Below are positions 1 to 10,854 of a stretch of DNA of 64,000 nt, one piece after another. Below the pieces are notes generated by a model. That model was given only the letters and a program-made list of their open reading frames with translations, did no database searches and was not told where the DNA came from. The position numbers and the translations under genes are program-made. Source of the DNA: Mobula hypostoma (Eukaryota); the NCBI RefSeq assembly GCF_963921235.1, contig NC_086118.1:24864001-24928000 (forward strand). Direction: 5' to 3'. The stretch's first letter is position 1. Each line of letters opens with the position of its first letter.

Positions 1-496
1 TTATTGGTGGAAACAATTGCCACATAGCTCTGTAGATTTAAAGGTTCTAAGTATCATAATTTGGTAAATATCAGAACTATAGCAATCAAACTGCACCACA
101 AGGAGAAGAATAGCTAAAAAAGATTAATGTTTATTTAAAGAGAGGAGCTCTTAGTAACCAAACATTAGTGCACTGCTACAAAGGAACATGAGCAACCTAA
201 CACCTGGCTGGTGTTTATACAACAACTAACAATACTATGAACAGATCAGTTAATCACTGTCACAATGGTGTTTGTGGGAGATTATTGTGCACAAATTTAC
301 TTTCCAGTTTTCCTTTTGCATTAATACATGGATTTCTTGAAATCTGCTAACCAAACACTTGATCTTTCTTTGGTTAATATGATATGAAACTGCAGTCGAA
401 AATTATTGATATGAAGCTCTTTGTTAAAAATCAATCACATGAAACTATAGTAAGATAAATTAGAGAGACTATGCTGACTTTATAGTCATAGACATT

Positions 497-2320
497 ATCA
501 GAATCAGGTTTTATTATTACGAACATCGCCATGAAATTTGTTGTTTTGGGGCTGCACTACAGTGGAAGACAAAAAATACTATGGTACAATAGGAAATATA
601 TAAAAAATAAATTAGTGCAAAAAGAGAGAGCAAAGTGATGAGGTAGTGTTCATGGGTTCATTCAGAAACCATGAACACAACCTCAGAGTACAGAGAGGAA
701 GAAGCTGTTCATAAAACATTGACTGTGCATCTTCAGGCTCCTGTACCTCCTCCCTGATGGCAGCGATGAGAAGAAGGCGTCCCTAGATGGCGAGGTTTCT
801 TAATGATGGATGCCACCTTCTTGAGACATCGCCTTTTGAAGATGCCCCCGATGCTGAGGAGGCTAGGCCCATCAAGGAGCTGGCTGAGTCAACAATCCTC
901 GGCAGCTTTTGTTTCTGATCTTGTGCATTGGAGCATCTACAGCGGGCAGTGATGCAAGCACTCAGAATGCTCTCCCCAGTACATTTCTAGAAATTTGCCA
1001 GCGTCTTTGGCAACATACCAAATCTCCTCAAACTTCTAAAGAAGTTTACTGGTGTCTTCTTTGTGATTGGGAATAAAGGGACCCTATTCTGGCTGGCTGC
1101 CGGTTACCAGTGGTGTTCCACAGGGGTCCGTGTTGGGGCCACTTCTTTTTACATTGTACATCAACGATTTGGATTATGGAATAGATGGCTTTGTGGCCAA
1201 GTTTGCTGACGATACGAAGATAGGTGGAGGGGCTGGTAGTGCTGAGGAAATGGAGAGTCTGCAGAGAGACTTGGATAGATTGGAAGAATGGACAGTGTTG
1301 GAAAGTGTATGGTTATGCACTTTGACAGAAGTAATAAACGGGCAGAATATTATTTAAACGGGGAAAAAAAATCAAAGTTCTGAGATGCAACAGGACTTGG
1401 GAGTCCTTGTACAGGATACTGTTAAGGTTAACCTCCAGGCTGAGTCAGTAGTGAAGAAGGCGAATGCAATGTTGGCATTCATTTCTAGAGGAATAGAGTA
1501 TAGGAGCAGGGATGGGATGTTGAGGCTCTATAAGGCGCTGGTGAGACCTCACTTGGAGTACTGTGGGCAGTTTTGCTCTCCTTATTTAAGAAAGGATGTG
1601 CTGACGTTGGAGAGGGTACAGAGAAGATTCACTAGAATGATTCTGGGAATTAGAGGGTTAACATATGAGGAACGTTTGTCCGTTCTTGGACTGTATTCCT
1701 TGGAGTTTTGAAGAGTGAGGGGAGACCTTATAGAAACATTTCGAAAGTTGAAAGGCATGGACAGAGTGGATGTGGCAAAGTTGTTTCCCATGATGGGGAA
1801 GTATTGTACGAGAGGGCATGACTTAAGGATTGAAGGGCGCCCATTCAGAACAGAAATGCGAAGAAATTTTTTTAGCCAGAGGGTGGTGAATCTATGGAAT
1901 TTGTTGCCACGGGCAGCAGTGGAAACCAAGTCATTGGGTGTATTTAAGGCAGAGATTGATAGGTATCTGAGTAGCCAGGGCATCAAAGGTTATGGTGAAA
2001 AGGCGGGGAAGTGGGACTAAATGGGAGAAAGGATCAGCTCATGATAAAATGGCGGAGCAGACTCGATGGGCCAAATGGCCGACTTCTGCTTCTTTGTCTT
2101 ATGGTCTTACGGTCTAATATGTTGGACCCAGGATAGATCCTCTGAAATATTGACTCCCAGGAATGTGAAGTGCTCATCCTTTCCATTGCTGACCCATCGA
2201 TAACCTGGTATGTGTTCTCTTGGCTTCACAAACAATCCACAAACAAATTCCTTGGTCTTCCCAATATTGAGTGCAAGGTTGTTGTGACATCACTCTACCA
2301 ACCAATCTGTCTCACTGCTG
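497..2320 (-). mobile_element. Rex1/Babar-like LINE 3' fragment, split by the CR1 insertion at 1066-2115
   Basis: (ATTCTG)n tail at about 497-508; reverse-strand similarity to the HPGHALFSLLPSGRRYRSL region of the copy at 26322-27433; resumes at about 2116. Confidence 0.75.
1066..2115 (+). mobile_element. CR1 LINE, 5'-truncated (RT C-terminus and 3'UTR)
   Basis: SGVPQGSVLGPLLFTLYINDLD, KFADDTK, YKALVRPHLEYC, RRNFFSQRVVNLWN; frameshifted; TTATGGTC-type tail. Confidence 0.93.
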
Positions 2321-2889
2321 AAAGCCTCTTGTTCAGGAGGTGGATATGTAGCCTCTGAGTCCATTTCAACTCATTATAGAAAAATCCAGTCAATCCCATT
2401 CCCTCACTCAATCCCCATCCCTCTGCAAGTTTAATTCATTCAACCGTTCTTCATTCTTCATTTAAAATTATTGATGGTTTCTGCTTCCACTGACCTCTAA
2501 GGCAGCAATTGCAATTTCATTACCGCTCAAAAGTCTGAAAATATTTTACCTATTTATTTCAATATTTAATGTACAAAATCTTAAATATGTACACCCTTAT
2601 TTAGTGTCAATGACTTTGTTAATCTAACATAAAATTGTCAAAACTCGTATAACTCTATCAGAACTCCCTCAACCCTCTTTAGTTTGAGAATGACCCCAAC
2701 TTCTCCAGCTAATCTTGCAGTTGAAATTCCTAAATCTCCAAATTAATCTGAGATCCCTCTCTTCTTTTTCAAAGATTGTATGGTGACCAGAACTGGCAGC
2801 AATATTACAACTAAAAACTGGTCACAGCTTTACAAAAGCCCAGTATAACTTCCCTGCATCTTTACTGAATATATTTATGTATAGAAATA

Positions 2890-3321
2890 AAAGAGTTAAT
2901 GTATGAGAAGTATTTGATGGTTCTAGGCCAATACTCACTGGAGTAAGAAGAATGAGGTGGGGGGGGGAATCTCATTGAAATCCATTGGATATCGAAAGGC
3001 CTAGATAGAGTGGACATGGAGGGGTTGCTTCATCACCAAATAGAATGGCATCCCTTTAGAACAGAGATGAGGACAAATTTCTTTAGCCGGAGGGTAGTGA
3101 ATCTCTGGAAGTCATTGCCACAAGATGGCTCTGGAGGCCAAGTCATTGGGTAGATTTAAAGCAGAGGCTGATAGATCCTCAATTAGTAAGGGTGTCAAAG
3201 ATTAAGGGGAGAAGGCAGGAGAATGGAGTTGAGAGGGATAATAAATCAGCTATAATGGAATGGCAGAGCAGACTCAATGGACCAAATGGCCTCAGTCTTC
3301 CTGTGCCTTATGGTGTTATGT
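2890..3321 (+). mobile_element. CR1 3' fragment nested in an older minus-strand CR1 remnant (about 2620-3760)
   Basis: Similar to 1660-2110 with a TTATGGTGTTATG tail; flanks resemble minus-strand CR1 RT (e.g. GTCTATGTGGACTTC..TTTGACAAAGTACCTCAT). Confidence 0.7.
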
Positions 3322-3985
3322 ATGAAATCCATGATCCCAGCTGCTTTACTGACCACTCTGCCAATGTTTCCTGACACCTTCAAAGATCTATGCACATAAT
3401 CTCCCACTCACTCTTCTTGTGAACTGTGTGGTAAGAACTTTATCACTCCTGCCCATCCATTTCACACTTACCTGTGTTAAGTTCCACTGGCCCATTTCGC
3501 TATTCCACTATTGAAATTGTATCAGTCAAAAAAATCAGTGATTTAATGCAGATTATGCAATAACATCAAAATCTAACGTTCTTCAGCCTGAAAAAATACA
3601 ACCATCTACCACAACTTGCTGTTTTTGTCGAACTATTTTTTATCCAATTTTGCACTGAGCGTCCTGCCTTCAGCTTGGACTTCGCTAACCGACTGTTTAT
3701 GAGGTACTTTGTCAAAGACTTGAAGTCCACATAGACAACGTCTACTACAGTAATTCATGAACTTTTTCAGTGCATCAATAAGTCCATCCCACACAGTTTA
3801 CCTTTTGCTGGCTGGAACAAGAAGGAAGAAAATTGAGCAAGAAACAAGGCCAGATTAAAAGCATGATTTTGAAAATAACAATTGATAACATTAATAAACC
3901 CACAAAACTGTATATTATTCTGCAAGCAACACACATAAAAGTTGCTGGTGAACGCAGCAGGCCAGGCAGCATCTCTAGGAAGAGG

Positions 3986-4027
3986 TACAGCCGACGTTTC
4001 CGGCCGAGACCCTTCGTCAGGACTAAC
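3986..4027 (-). ncRNA. Second minimal hammerhead motif, 240 nt from the first, with a helix II mismatch
   Basis: Minus strand: UAGUC-CUGACGA-A-GGG-UCUCGG-CCG-GAAA-CG-UC/GGCUG. Core intact; closing pair of helix II mutated. Confidence 0.55.
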
Positions 4028-4225
4028 TGAAAGAAGACTGTACCTCTTCCTAGAGATGCTGCCTAGCCTGCTGCATTCACCAGCAACTTTGATGTGTGTT
4101 GCTTGAAATTCCAGCATCTGCAGATTTCGCAAACACCAGGAATTCTGCAGATGCTGGAAATTCAAGCAACACACATAAAAGTTGCTGGTGAACGCAGCAG
4201 GCCAGGCAGCGTCTCTAGGAAGAGG

Positions 4226-4267
4226 TACAGTCGACGTTTCGGGCCGAGACCCTTCGTCAGGACTGCA
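4226..4267 (-). ncRNA. Minimal type I hammerhead ribozyme motif (Penelope-associated), intact core
   Basis: Minus strand: UGCAGUC-CUGACGA-A-GGG-UCUCGG-CCC-GAAA-CG-UC/GACUGUA. Helix I 7 bp, conserved CUGANGA and GAAA, helix II GGG/CCC, palindromic ACGU in place of helix III, GUC cleavage triplet. Confidence 0.7.
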
Positions 4268-4417
4268 GATTTCCTCGTGTTATTATTCTGCAATGTGCTT
4301 AGCATACCCTTAATTTAATTTTTTTTTGCTTCAATGTTGGAAAGAGTCCATGTTTTATTGCTTTTGTAAGTGAATGTCATTGTGCGCATTTCAATTAAAT
4401 ACTGAGGTATTCCTAAC

Positions 4418-4961
4418 CTTTCGTTACAGGGGAGTCAGGCATTTTCTCACTGAGTATAAGAGCGCGAACCAGATTAGCTAGAAGGTAAAGTAGTTTGACA
4501 TCACATAACTGGAGTAATCCCAGAACGTAGTTTGCTTTTGTCCAGTATCTGCTGTTAGCGAACCATTCCCAAGTGTCGGAGATATATTCGCATAGAGCGG
4601 ATTTGTTCAAACTGCGGTCCGAGCTCTGCGTACTTAAGTCCCCTGGAAGGCTTGGGTTAGCACATGAGCGAGAGTGGGTGAAATCTTTACCAAATGTCGG
4701 CTGCAGGAGTCTGTCCACCTGCAGCAAGAGGTCCCTGCTGCCAATCCTCCGGATCAGCCCTTTCAAAAACAGCTGCTTGGTCAGGTCGCCAGCCCGGAGG
4801 AACCATTGCTTGGTGGCGACGAGCTTCATCTGGAGGGTGCAGGTGTAACACGAACCGCAAGCCGAGACCGAGCAGCCGCCGGCCAGGCAGGTGTAGCCGG
4901 GGCTGGAGCAGATGTTAAACTCACTGACTTCACCCACCGCGTCCAAGTCAAGCATTTTCAT
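4418..4961 (-). CDS. FBXW10: First coding exon of an F-box/WD repeat protein 10 (FBXW10/CDRT1-like) gene; gene continues towards lower coordinates
   Basis: Translation contains CGSCYTC..KLVATKQWF, LQPTFGKDF and WFANSRYWTKANYVLGLLQLCDVKLL, matching the human FBXW10 N-terminus as recalled (CRKCETC..STKEWF, LQTTQGKDF, WFANSTQWTKANYTLLLLQMCNPKLL). ATG at 4961; phase-1 donor AAG|GTTAGG after 4418; CpG-rich. Later exons not identified in the window. Confidence 0.88.
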
Positions 4962-5290
4962 TCAGACTGGGTGCCAGAGGTGTCGCGCCGTTCAGCCGGA
5001 ACAACCCTGGAAGAGATGTTTCCCCAACGCTGTTGCCGCCAGCGAGCGGAGCCGCGCCTTCTCCTCGCTCTCCGTGTATCTTTCCCGTTGCCGGGCAACA
5101 GCCGGCGTCAAGCGTAGCGTCGGCACGCGAACGTCGTCGCCGTCTTTCCGGGAAAGCGGACACAAGACGGACGGGTGCTCCTCCCTCCCTCAGCCCCGCC
5201 TCCACGTCAGTCGTGCACCCTCAAGCCCGTAATGCCTACTGCACCCTCCGGCCGCCCCTGCACCCTGTGCTCTCTGTAGGGCCCAGGAAT
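4960..5290 (-). promoter_or_regulatory. CpG-island promoter/5'UTR of the FBXW10-like gene with RFX X-box, GC box and CRE half-site
   Basis: Dense CpG. GTTGCCGGGCAAC at 5087-5099 fits the RFX consensus GTNRCC(N0-3)RGYAAC; CCCCGCC at about 5194-5200; TGACGT on the minus strand at 5204-5209. Confidence 0.65.
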
Positions 5291-5439
5291 ATCAGATGGT
5301 AACGAGTTCCAGACTCTATTTATTACCAGGCAGAGACATTTCTGATTAATAGTCTTATTTAATCCCTGTGTAACTATGGTATTAAGCAGCATTACTCCCT
5401 TGGCAAATTAGGGTGGATAAATGCTCAGTACCTGACATG

Positions 5440-7092
5440 AGGACTTCTTGTACGAGGCTGGTGCAGAAATTTCAGGGGCCCTGGCAGAGAGATTTAAAAT
5501 AATATCCTTAGCCACGGATGAAGTGCAGAGGACTGGGGGATTGTAAATGTTCTCCTATTGCTCAAGAAATGCTATAAGAGTAAGCCGGGAAATTGTCACA
5601 CAGTGAGTTTGACATCAGTGGTGGGTAAATTATTGGATGGCATTCTAAAAGGAACAAGGTATATAAGTATTTGGGTAGACATGACCTGATTTGGGATAGA
5701 CAACGTGGTTTTGTGTGCGGTAGGTCGTGTCAAACCAATCTTGGTTTCTCTGAGGAGGTTACAAGCGAAGAAGGTTGATGAAGGAAAGGAAGTGGAAGTT
5801 GGAGTCGCTTGGCATTCAGGATAAAGTAGTAAACTGCATTTAGCATTTAGCATTGGCTTAGCAGAAGACAGGAATAGGTGGGAGATGGCTAGGTCTATTA
5901 ATGATTTAAATATAATGTGGTAAATTTGTGGATGACATTGAGACTGGGGGCATAGTAGATACTAAAGGAGGCTGTGAAAGCTTGCAGAATGATCTGGTCC
6001 AGCTGGGAAAATGGATTGAAAAATGGGAGATGGAATTGAACGCAGACAAGTGTGAGGTGTTACACTTTGGCAGGACAAACCAAGGTAGGACTTATCAGTG
6101 AGTGGTAGGATATTGAGCTGTGTTGTAAGACAAATGGATCTGAGAAAACAGATGCACAATTCCTTGAAAGTGCTATCACAGGTAGATGGGGTCATAAAGA
6201 ATGCTGTTGGCATATTGGCCTTCATAAATCAGAGAATTGAGTACAGGAGTTGGGATGTTATGTTGTATAAGACATTGACAGGGCCTATTTTGGAGTATTT
6301 TGTGCAGTTCTAGTCACCTGCCTACAGGAAAGATCAATAAGATTGAAAAAGTACAGAGAAAGTTTACAAGGATGTTGCAGGAGTTGAAACTAAGTTGAGG
6401 GGTAAAGTTGAAACAGCTAGGACTTTATTCCCTGGAGCCTGGAAGAATGAGGGGAGAATTGATAGAAGTATACAAAATAATGAGGGGCAAAGATAGTGTA
6501 AATGTATGCAGGCTTTTTCCACCGAGGTTGTTTGAGAACTTGACATCATAGGGTAGGGTGAAAGATTAAATATTAAAGGGGAACCTTTGGGGAAATTTCT
6601 TCACTCAGAGAGTGATGTGAATGTGGAATGAACTGCCAGGGGAGGTGATGGATGTAGACTCAATTGGAACAATTGGAGACTCTTGGTCTGGACGCACGTT
6701 TTCTTAAAAATATATTTATTTAGAGATACAGTGCAGAATAGGACTTCCCAGCCCTTCAAGCCACACAACCAGCAACCCTTGATTTAACCCTAGCCTAATC
6801 ATGGGACAATTTACAACGGCCAATTAACCTGCTAATTGGTGCATCTTTGAACTGCGGGAGGAAACCGGAGCCCCCAGAGAAAACCCATATATTCCACGAG
6901 AAGGTTGTACAAACTCTTTGCAGAGGATGCTGGGATTTAACTCCAAGCCCCAAGCCCCGAACTATCATAGCATCGCACTAACCCCTATGTTACCATGGCA
7001 TCCAGGTAGATGGGACTAGATGGAGAAAAAAGGTTGGCATGGACTAGATGGGATGAAGGGCCCATTTCTGTACTGTACTGTACTATGACTCT
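5440..7092 (+). mobile_element. Decayed CR1 LINE (RT to 3' end), interrupted by a SINE
   Basis: Broken motifs such as KPGNCHTVSLTSVVGKLL, QRGFV.GRSC.TNL, LYKTLTGPILEYFVQF; tail TGTACTGTACTATGACTCTA at about 7070-7092. Confidence 0.75.
6713..7000 (-). mobile_element. tRNA-derived V-SINE/HE1-like SINE
   Basis: Minus strand: tRNA-like head, GGGTTTTCTCTGGGGGCTCCGGTTTCCTCCCGCAGTTCAAAGA core, TAAA-type tail. Confidence 0.75.
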
Positions 7093-8175
7093 AAACCAAG
7101 GGAAATGAGAAGCCTATTTATTTCCCTTTAAATATAAATTTTACCAATATGCTCTGTGAAAACTGATTTTAAATTAAAATAAGATGTATCCAGAATCTCA
7201 CTCAAAACTATGAAAGACATTTGTTTCCAAATTTTAGAAACTAAATGTTGTCACTTGTTATTTACTTAAGTGGGCATCTCTTTGAAGGATTCAGCCAGTG
7301 GATTTTGTTTGTTGACCTAACTGTCCTGGAGAGATAGTGAGGCAGGAGTCATCTAAGAAATATTAATTTCTGGTCTCAAAAGACTCTTATCACTGGTTAA
7401 ATTGTGATTAAGGAGAATAGTTCAGTTCCAAAATCTATATTAATGCAACTTTTAAAAACAGTTCTCATCAACCCTATACTCAATCTATCAACTTTAATTG
7501 AATTTAACTGACTGTGACTTAAAAGTCAGGAAGTCAGAAGTTCAAATATTGCTTTTTTTCTTTGATTGTAAAGTACAAAGAAAAAAAATAAAGGCATGAA
7601 AAAAATATCAGACGCAAATTGTACTATCCAAACCAGCAGGCAAGTGGGCAAATATCATTTTGGCTCTATTTGTAATAGGATTTGGGTACAATAATTGAGA
7701 TTTCAGAATCAGAATCAGGTTTATTATCACCGGCATGTGACGTGAAATTTGTTAACTTAGCTGCAGCAGTTCAATGCAATACATAATATAGAAGTTAAGA
7801 AGGATATACAGAGTTAGGACTGGCAATCTCAAAGTACTGAGGGCAGAGGTGATGAGAAATTTCTTTATCCAAAGGGGGGAGTATTTTGGTGTTTCTGCCC
7901 TCGATTGCTGGTGTACTCAGGTAGAGATGGCAATGGTAGAAGCAATCATTCTGATTAACTTGCATTAAAAACTAAAAGTGGGACAATGATGTAATGTCAG
8001 CCTAGTTGAGTTTAACACATATGTGTGTATTTTTCAGTTTCAATTCGATTCTTTTATTTTCCTGCCTTCTGTCACTAACTCATATTTTTAAGTGATTTTT
8101 GTCTTGATAACTTTGGCCTCACATTTTCAGAGTTTGTTTCCTCTTCTCTTCCCCTCTCCTTTCTCCACTTCTATT

Positions 8176-8985
8176 GAAGCGATACATAGATACAGCTGAA
8201 CGAGACGGTGCACCTCTAGGTCAAGGTGCAAGACATTCAAAGTAGCAAGCAAACATTCAAACTAGCGGGCAAAGAAGCATATTGACTCCAAAAAAACATA
8301 TATATTGCCCAAGACCCTGAGCAACAATGTCCAACAATCGATGGTACAGTTTCCCTGCAGTGAGCAGATGCACACAATCCAGCTTGTCATTCCGCTGCTT
8401 GAGAGGGCAGTACCAATTGGAGAGGTCAGGCCCCAGTCAAGTGCAAACGCCACGCTGTAACGCTTCCCCGTCTTCTCACCTGGTCTGCAGCAGCAGGCAA
8501 GCCCGAGGCTTGAGGCCTGGTCCTCACTACAACTGAGGCTACAGAGCTGCCTTGTCATCTGTCCTGCCACCAGACAAACGTAACGGGCCTGCAGCAACTG
8601 ACATTATCACCGTCCAGCAGAGGGTTGCGATAACAAGTGAAATGTCCGAGACTTATCTCCTGCACCAACTTCGATGCTTCCAAGTAGCGGTAAGCAACAC
8701 TGTCTTCAGCGGGATCAGCTCCTTCGTACCCAAACCGGCTCCTCTGATATCCCAATGGGCTCCTTATCCACCATCCCAGCCTCGGCTGGCTCTGCTGCCG
8801 ACACCCGTCCAGTTACTGCTGTCCACCAGCAGCTCACTGATGGAGTAGCCCTGCATTGCTTGAAGTTCTTGGAGTAGAGTTGGCTTTGGATCATAAAAAA
8901 CAAATTTTACACAGAGAAAAAACACCTCCGGTCGGCGTCCAAGAGGCCATTGTATTTGCATGGGCTGCCATCTTACCAGAAGTCC
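8176..8985 (-). mobile_element. Non-coding retroposon-like insert starting AAGATGGC on the minus strand
   Basis: GC-richer block in AT-rich context, no credible ORF, 5' motif (GCCATCTT at about 8967-8974 on plus) shared with elements at 16020 and about 29917. Confidence 0.45.
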
Positions 8986-10421
8986 AAGTAAATGTTGGAG
9001 CAGCAGCAGTGTTGGTAAAATATCTCCCTTCCACTCACTTTGCTGACCTCAAACATTGATGTATTTCTTGTCTGTTAATTGTTAGTTTTGATTTTCTGTA
9101 TCCATAGTAATTTGTTCCAATCATTTGTTCATTTGATTGTGCTACATTTCTCCCTCATTAACTTGAACCTGTATAAAAATGCCCGAGATATCTTCCCTGG
9201 CACCAAGTCCTGACATCTCCAAATAAATTCCCATTAACGCGATCTTCATTGCATTCCTGGTTTACAGCATATGAAAATCAGCCTATGGTTAATTTAAACT
9301 GCAACCTGACCAAAGCTGTCTTTTACCACTGTAATTTACTACTCTGCACATGCAAAAATATGCTTAAGGCAACCTTTTGAAAGTCAATTATCGATGAACA
9401 ATGAATGCTAGACTTCCACGCATCGCACGGCCCTTTTTTAAAAAGTCAGTGTTTTATGCCATTGTCTCCCCTGTAGATCACTATTAGTAGTGAGCTCTCG
9501 TCTCGCTATCTTGGAACGCATCAAAAACCCGAAAACTTCCTTAAACATTATTCCTTGAACATCACACTTTATTTATTTCATACCCTGCCTTCGACTCGTT
9601 ACATCTCACACTGCCACACTCAGCAGGGAGGTCAGGAGTGTTTGTTTTAATCACTCCTCTGGGAAACATCTTTTTTGTTAATGTGTTGTAGTAATGTACG
9701 GCGTTGTTCTTTACCTTGAATGTTTGTATAAGTATATTGTCGATAAAGTTACCTGCCAGAAAATCGACAGCTCCTGAAGCAGCGATGTCGATCTCAGTAA
9801 TAAAACAACTTTTTTGTGTGTTTTAGTATGCATTTGTTTTACGTAAAGAAACGCGGAACAGATGTGAGAGGAGTACGGTACATTTTCGTGTGCACGAATC
9901 CAAGCTTTCGCAGCGGTGAAGGGTCCACGGGCGCCTGGTGAGGTCGGTGCACGCGTTTCTGATCGTGCTGTGCTCACAACTGCTCAAGTGTGTGTGTTGC
10001 TACTGCTGAGGCCTCTCTGTGTCTGGTGGATAGCGAGCTGTACGGGCTGTTACAGACGGTACAGCGGAAAGCACTCTGCCCGCTAAATGCGGTTGTGCTG
10101 TAACAAACGCTGGGCTCTCTGACCGCCTATTTTCGCCGACGGGAGTCTACCTACTGACGGTGCGGTTCCCACTGGCTGAACGGTGTCAGCGCACCGACTA
10201 AACTATCGTAGTGCTGCCTGTGCGGAACCTGTGCTCTGCGGCCTCTGCCTTCAATACATCTTCCCTTCGGAACCGAGGACACGATCTCATAACCATGAAG
10301 CTGTGAATTCTGTCTCTAAAGCAAACTAGAACTAAATTAAAGCTTTTTCGGGCATTGTTTGTTAAACTAATTTAGCGCTAAATGTAAAATGCAGAAATTA
10401 ATTGAATTATTCAGCGCTAAG

Positions 10422-10425
10422 AAAA
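10422..10425 (-). terminator. Pol III terminator (TTTT) of the tRNA-Gly gene
   Basis: TTACCTTTTC directly follows the tRNA 3' end on the minus strand. Confidence 0.7.
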
Positions 10426-10430
10426 GGTAA

Positions 10431-10501
10431 TGCGCCGCCCGGGAATCGAACCCGGGTCGCAAGAATGGGAATCTTGCATGATACCACTACACCAGCGGCG
10501 C
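10431..10501 (-). tRNA. tRNA-Gly (anticodon CCC)
   Basis: Minus strand reads GCGCCGCTGGTGTAGTGGTATCATGCAAGATTCCCATTCTTGCGACCCGGGTTCGATTCCCGGGCGGCGCA (71 nt): acceptor stem GCGCCGC/GCGGCGC, A and B boxes, CCC anticodon. Matches the human Gly-CCC-2 sequence as recalled. Confidence 0.97.
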
Positions 10502-10854
10502 TATGAAAACCACTGCGCTGCAGTTCCTTACCACTGTTGCTTATGATGACATAAAATGTAGAAATATGGTAAATTGTTGTTGTCCCAGAGTTATTTTATC
10601 GTGAAAACGGAGAATAAAATTGGGTTTAGAATCATACAGATGTACAACACAGGGACAGGCCATTCGGCCCATCTAGTCCATGCCGAAAACAACCTTATGA
10701 GGGGGAAAAATTGACCTAACATAGCGAAATAATTTTGAAAGCTACCACCATCATTTTGTCTGTAATTTTTTTTTCCTTTTAATTGGTTTAGTGTTGACTA
10801 TTACGATTCGGCATGTCACCTGTGCGCAGTTGAGAGCGCCCGAACTGGTTAAAT

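Larger units (their letters stand above)
3926..4280. mobile_element. Non-autonomous Penelope-like terminal-repeat array (direct-inverted-direct) with 13-bp TSD
   Basis: Three copies of the GCAACACACATAAAAGTTGCTGG..AGGTACAG unit in +,-,+ orientation; TSD TATTATTCTGCAA at 3913-3925 and 4281-4293; unit homologous to the terminus of the Penelope element at 30173. Confidence 0.85.

Noticed and set aside
300..420. Candidate FBXW10 exon 2 on the minus strand
   Set aside because: The frame compatible with exon 1 hits a stop before the donor and shows no FBXW10 similarity.
3926..4280. CRISPR-like repeat array
   Set aside because: Eukaryotic context; units are long, partly inverted and match Penelope termini; no spacers or cas genes.
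4573..5302. Overlapping plus-strand ORFs of 74-147 aa
   Set aside because: Antisense or shadow frames of the GC-rich FBXW10 exon and promoter; no recognisable homology.
10000..10070. Minus-strand FRCTVCNSPYSSLSTRHR resembling a C2H2 zinc finger
   Set aside because: His spacing is wrong, there is no second finger, and a stop follows shortly.
9700..10330. Possible telomerase RNA, RNase P or 7SK gene
   Set aside because: No CTAACCCTAA template or diagnostic motifs of these RNAs seen.
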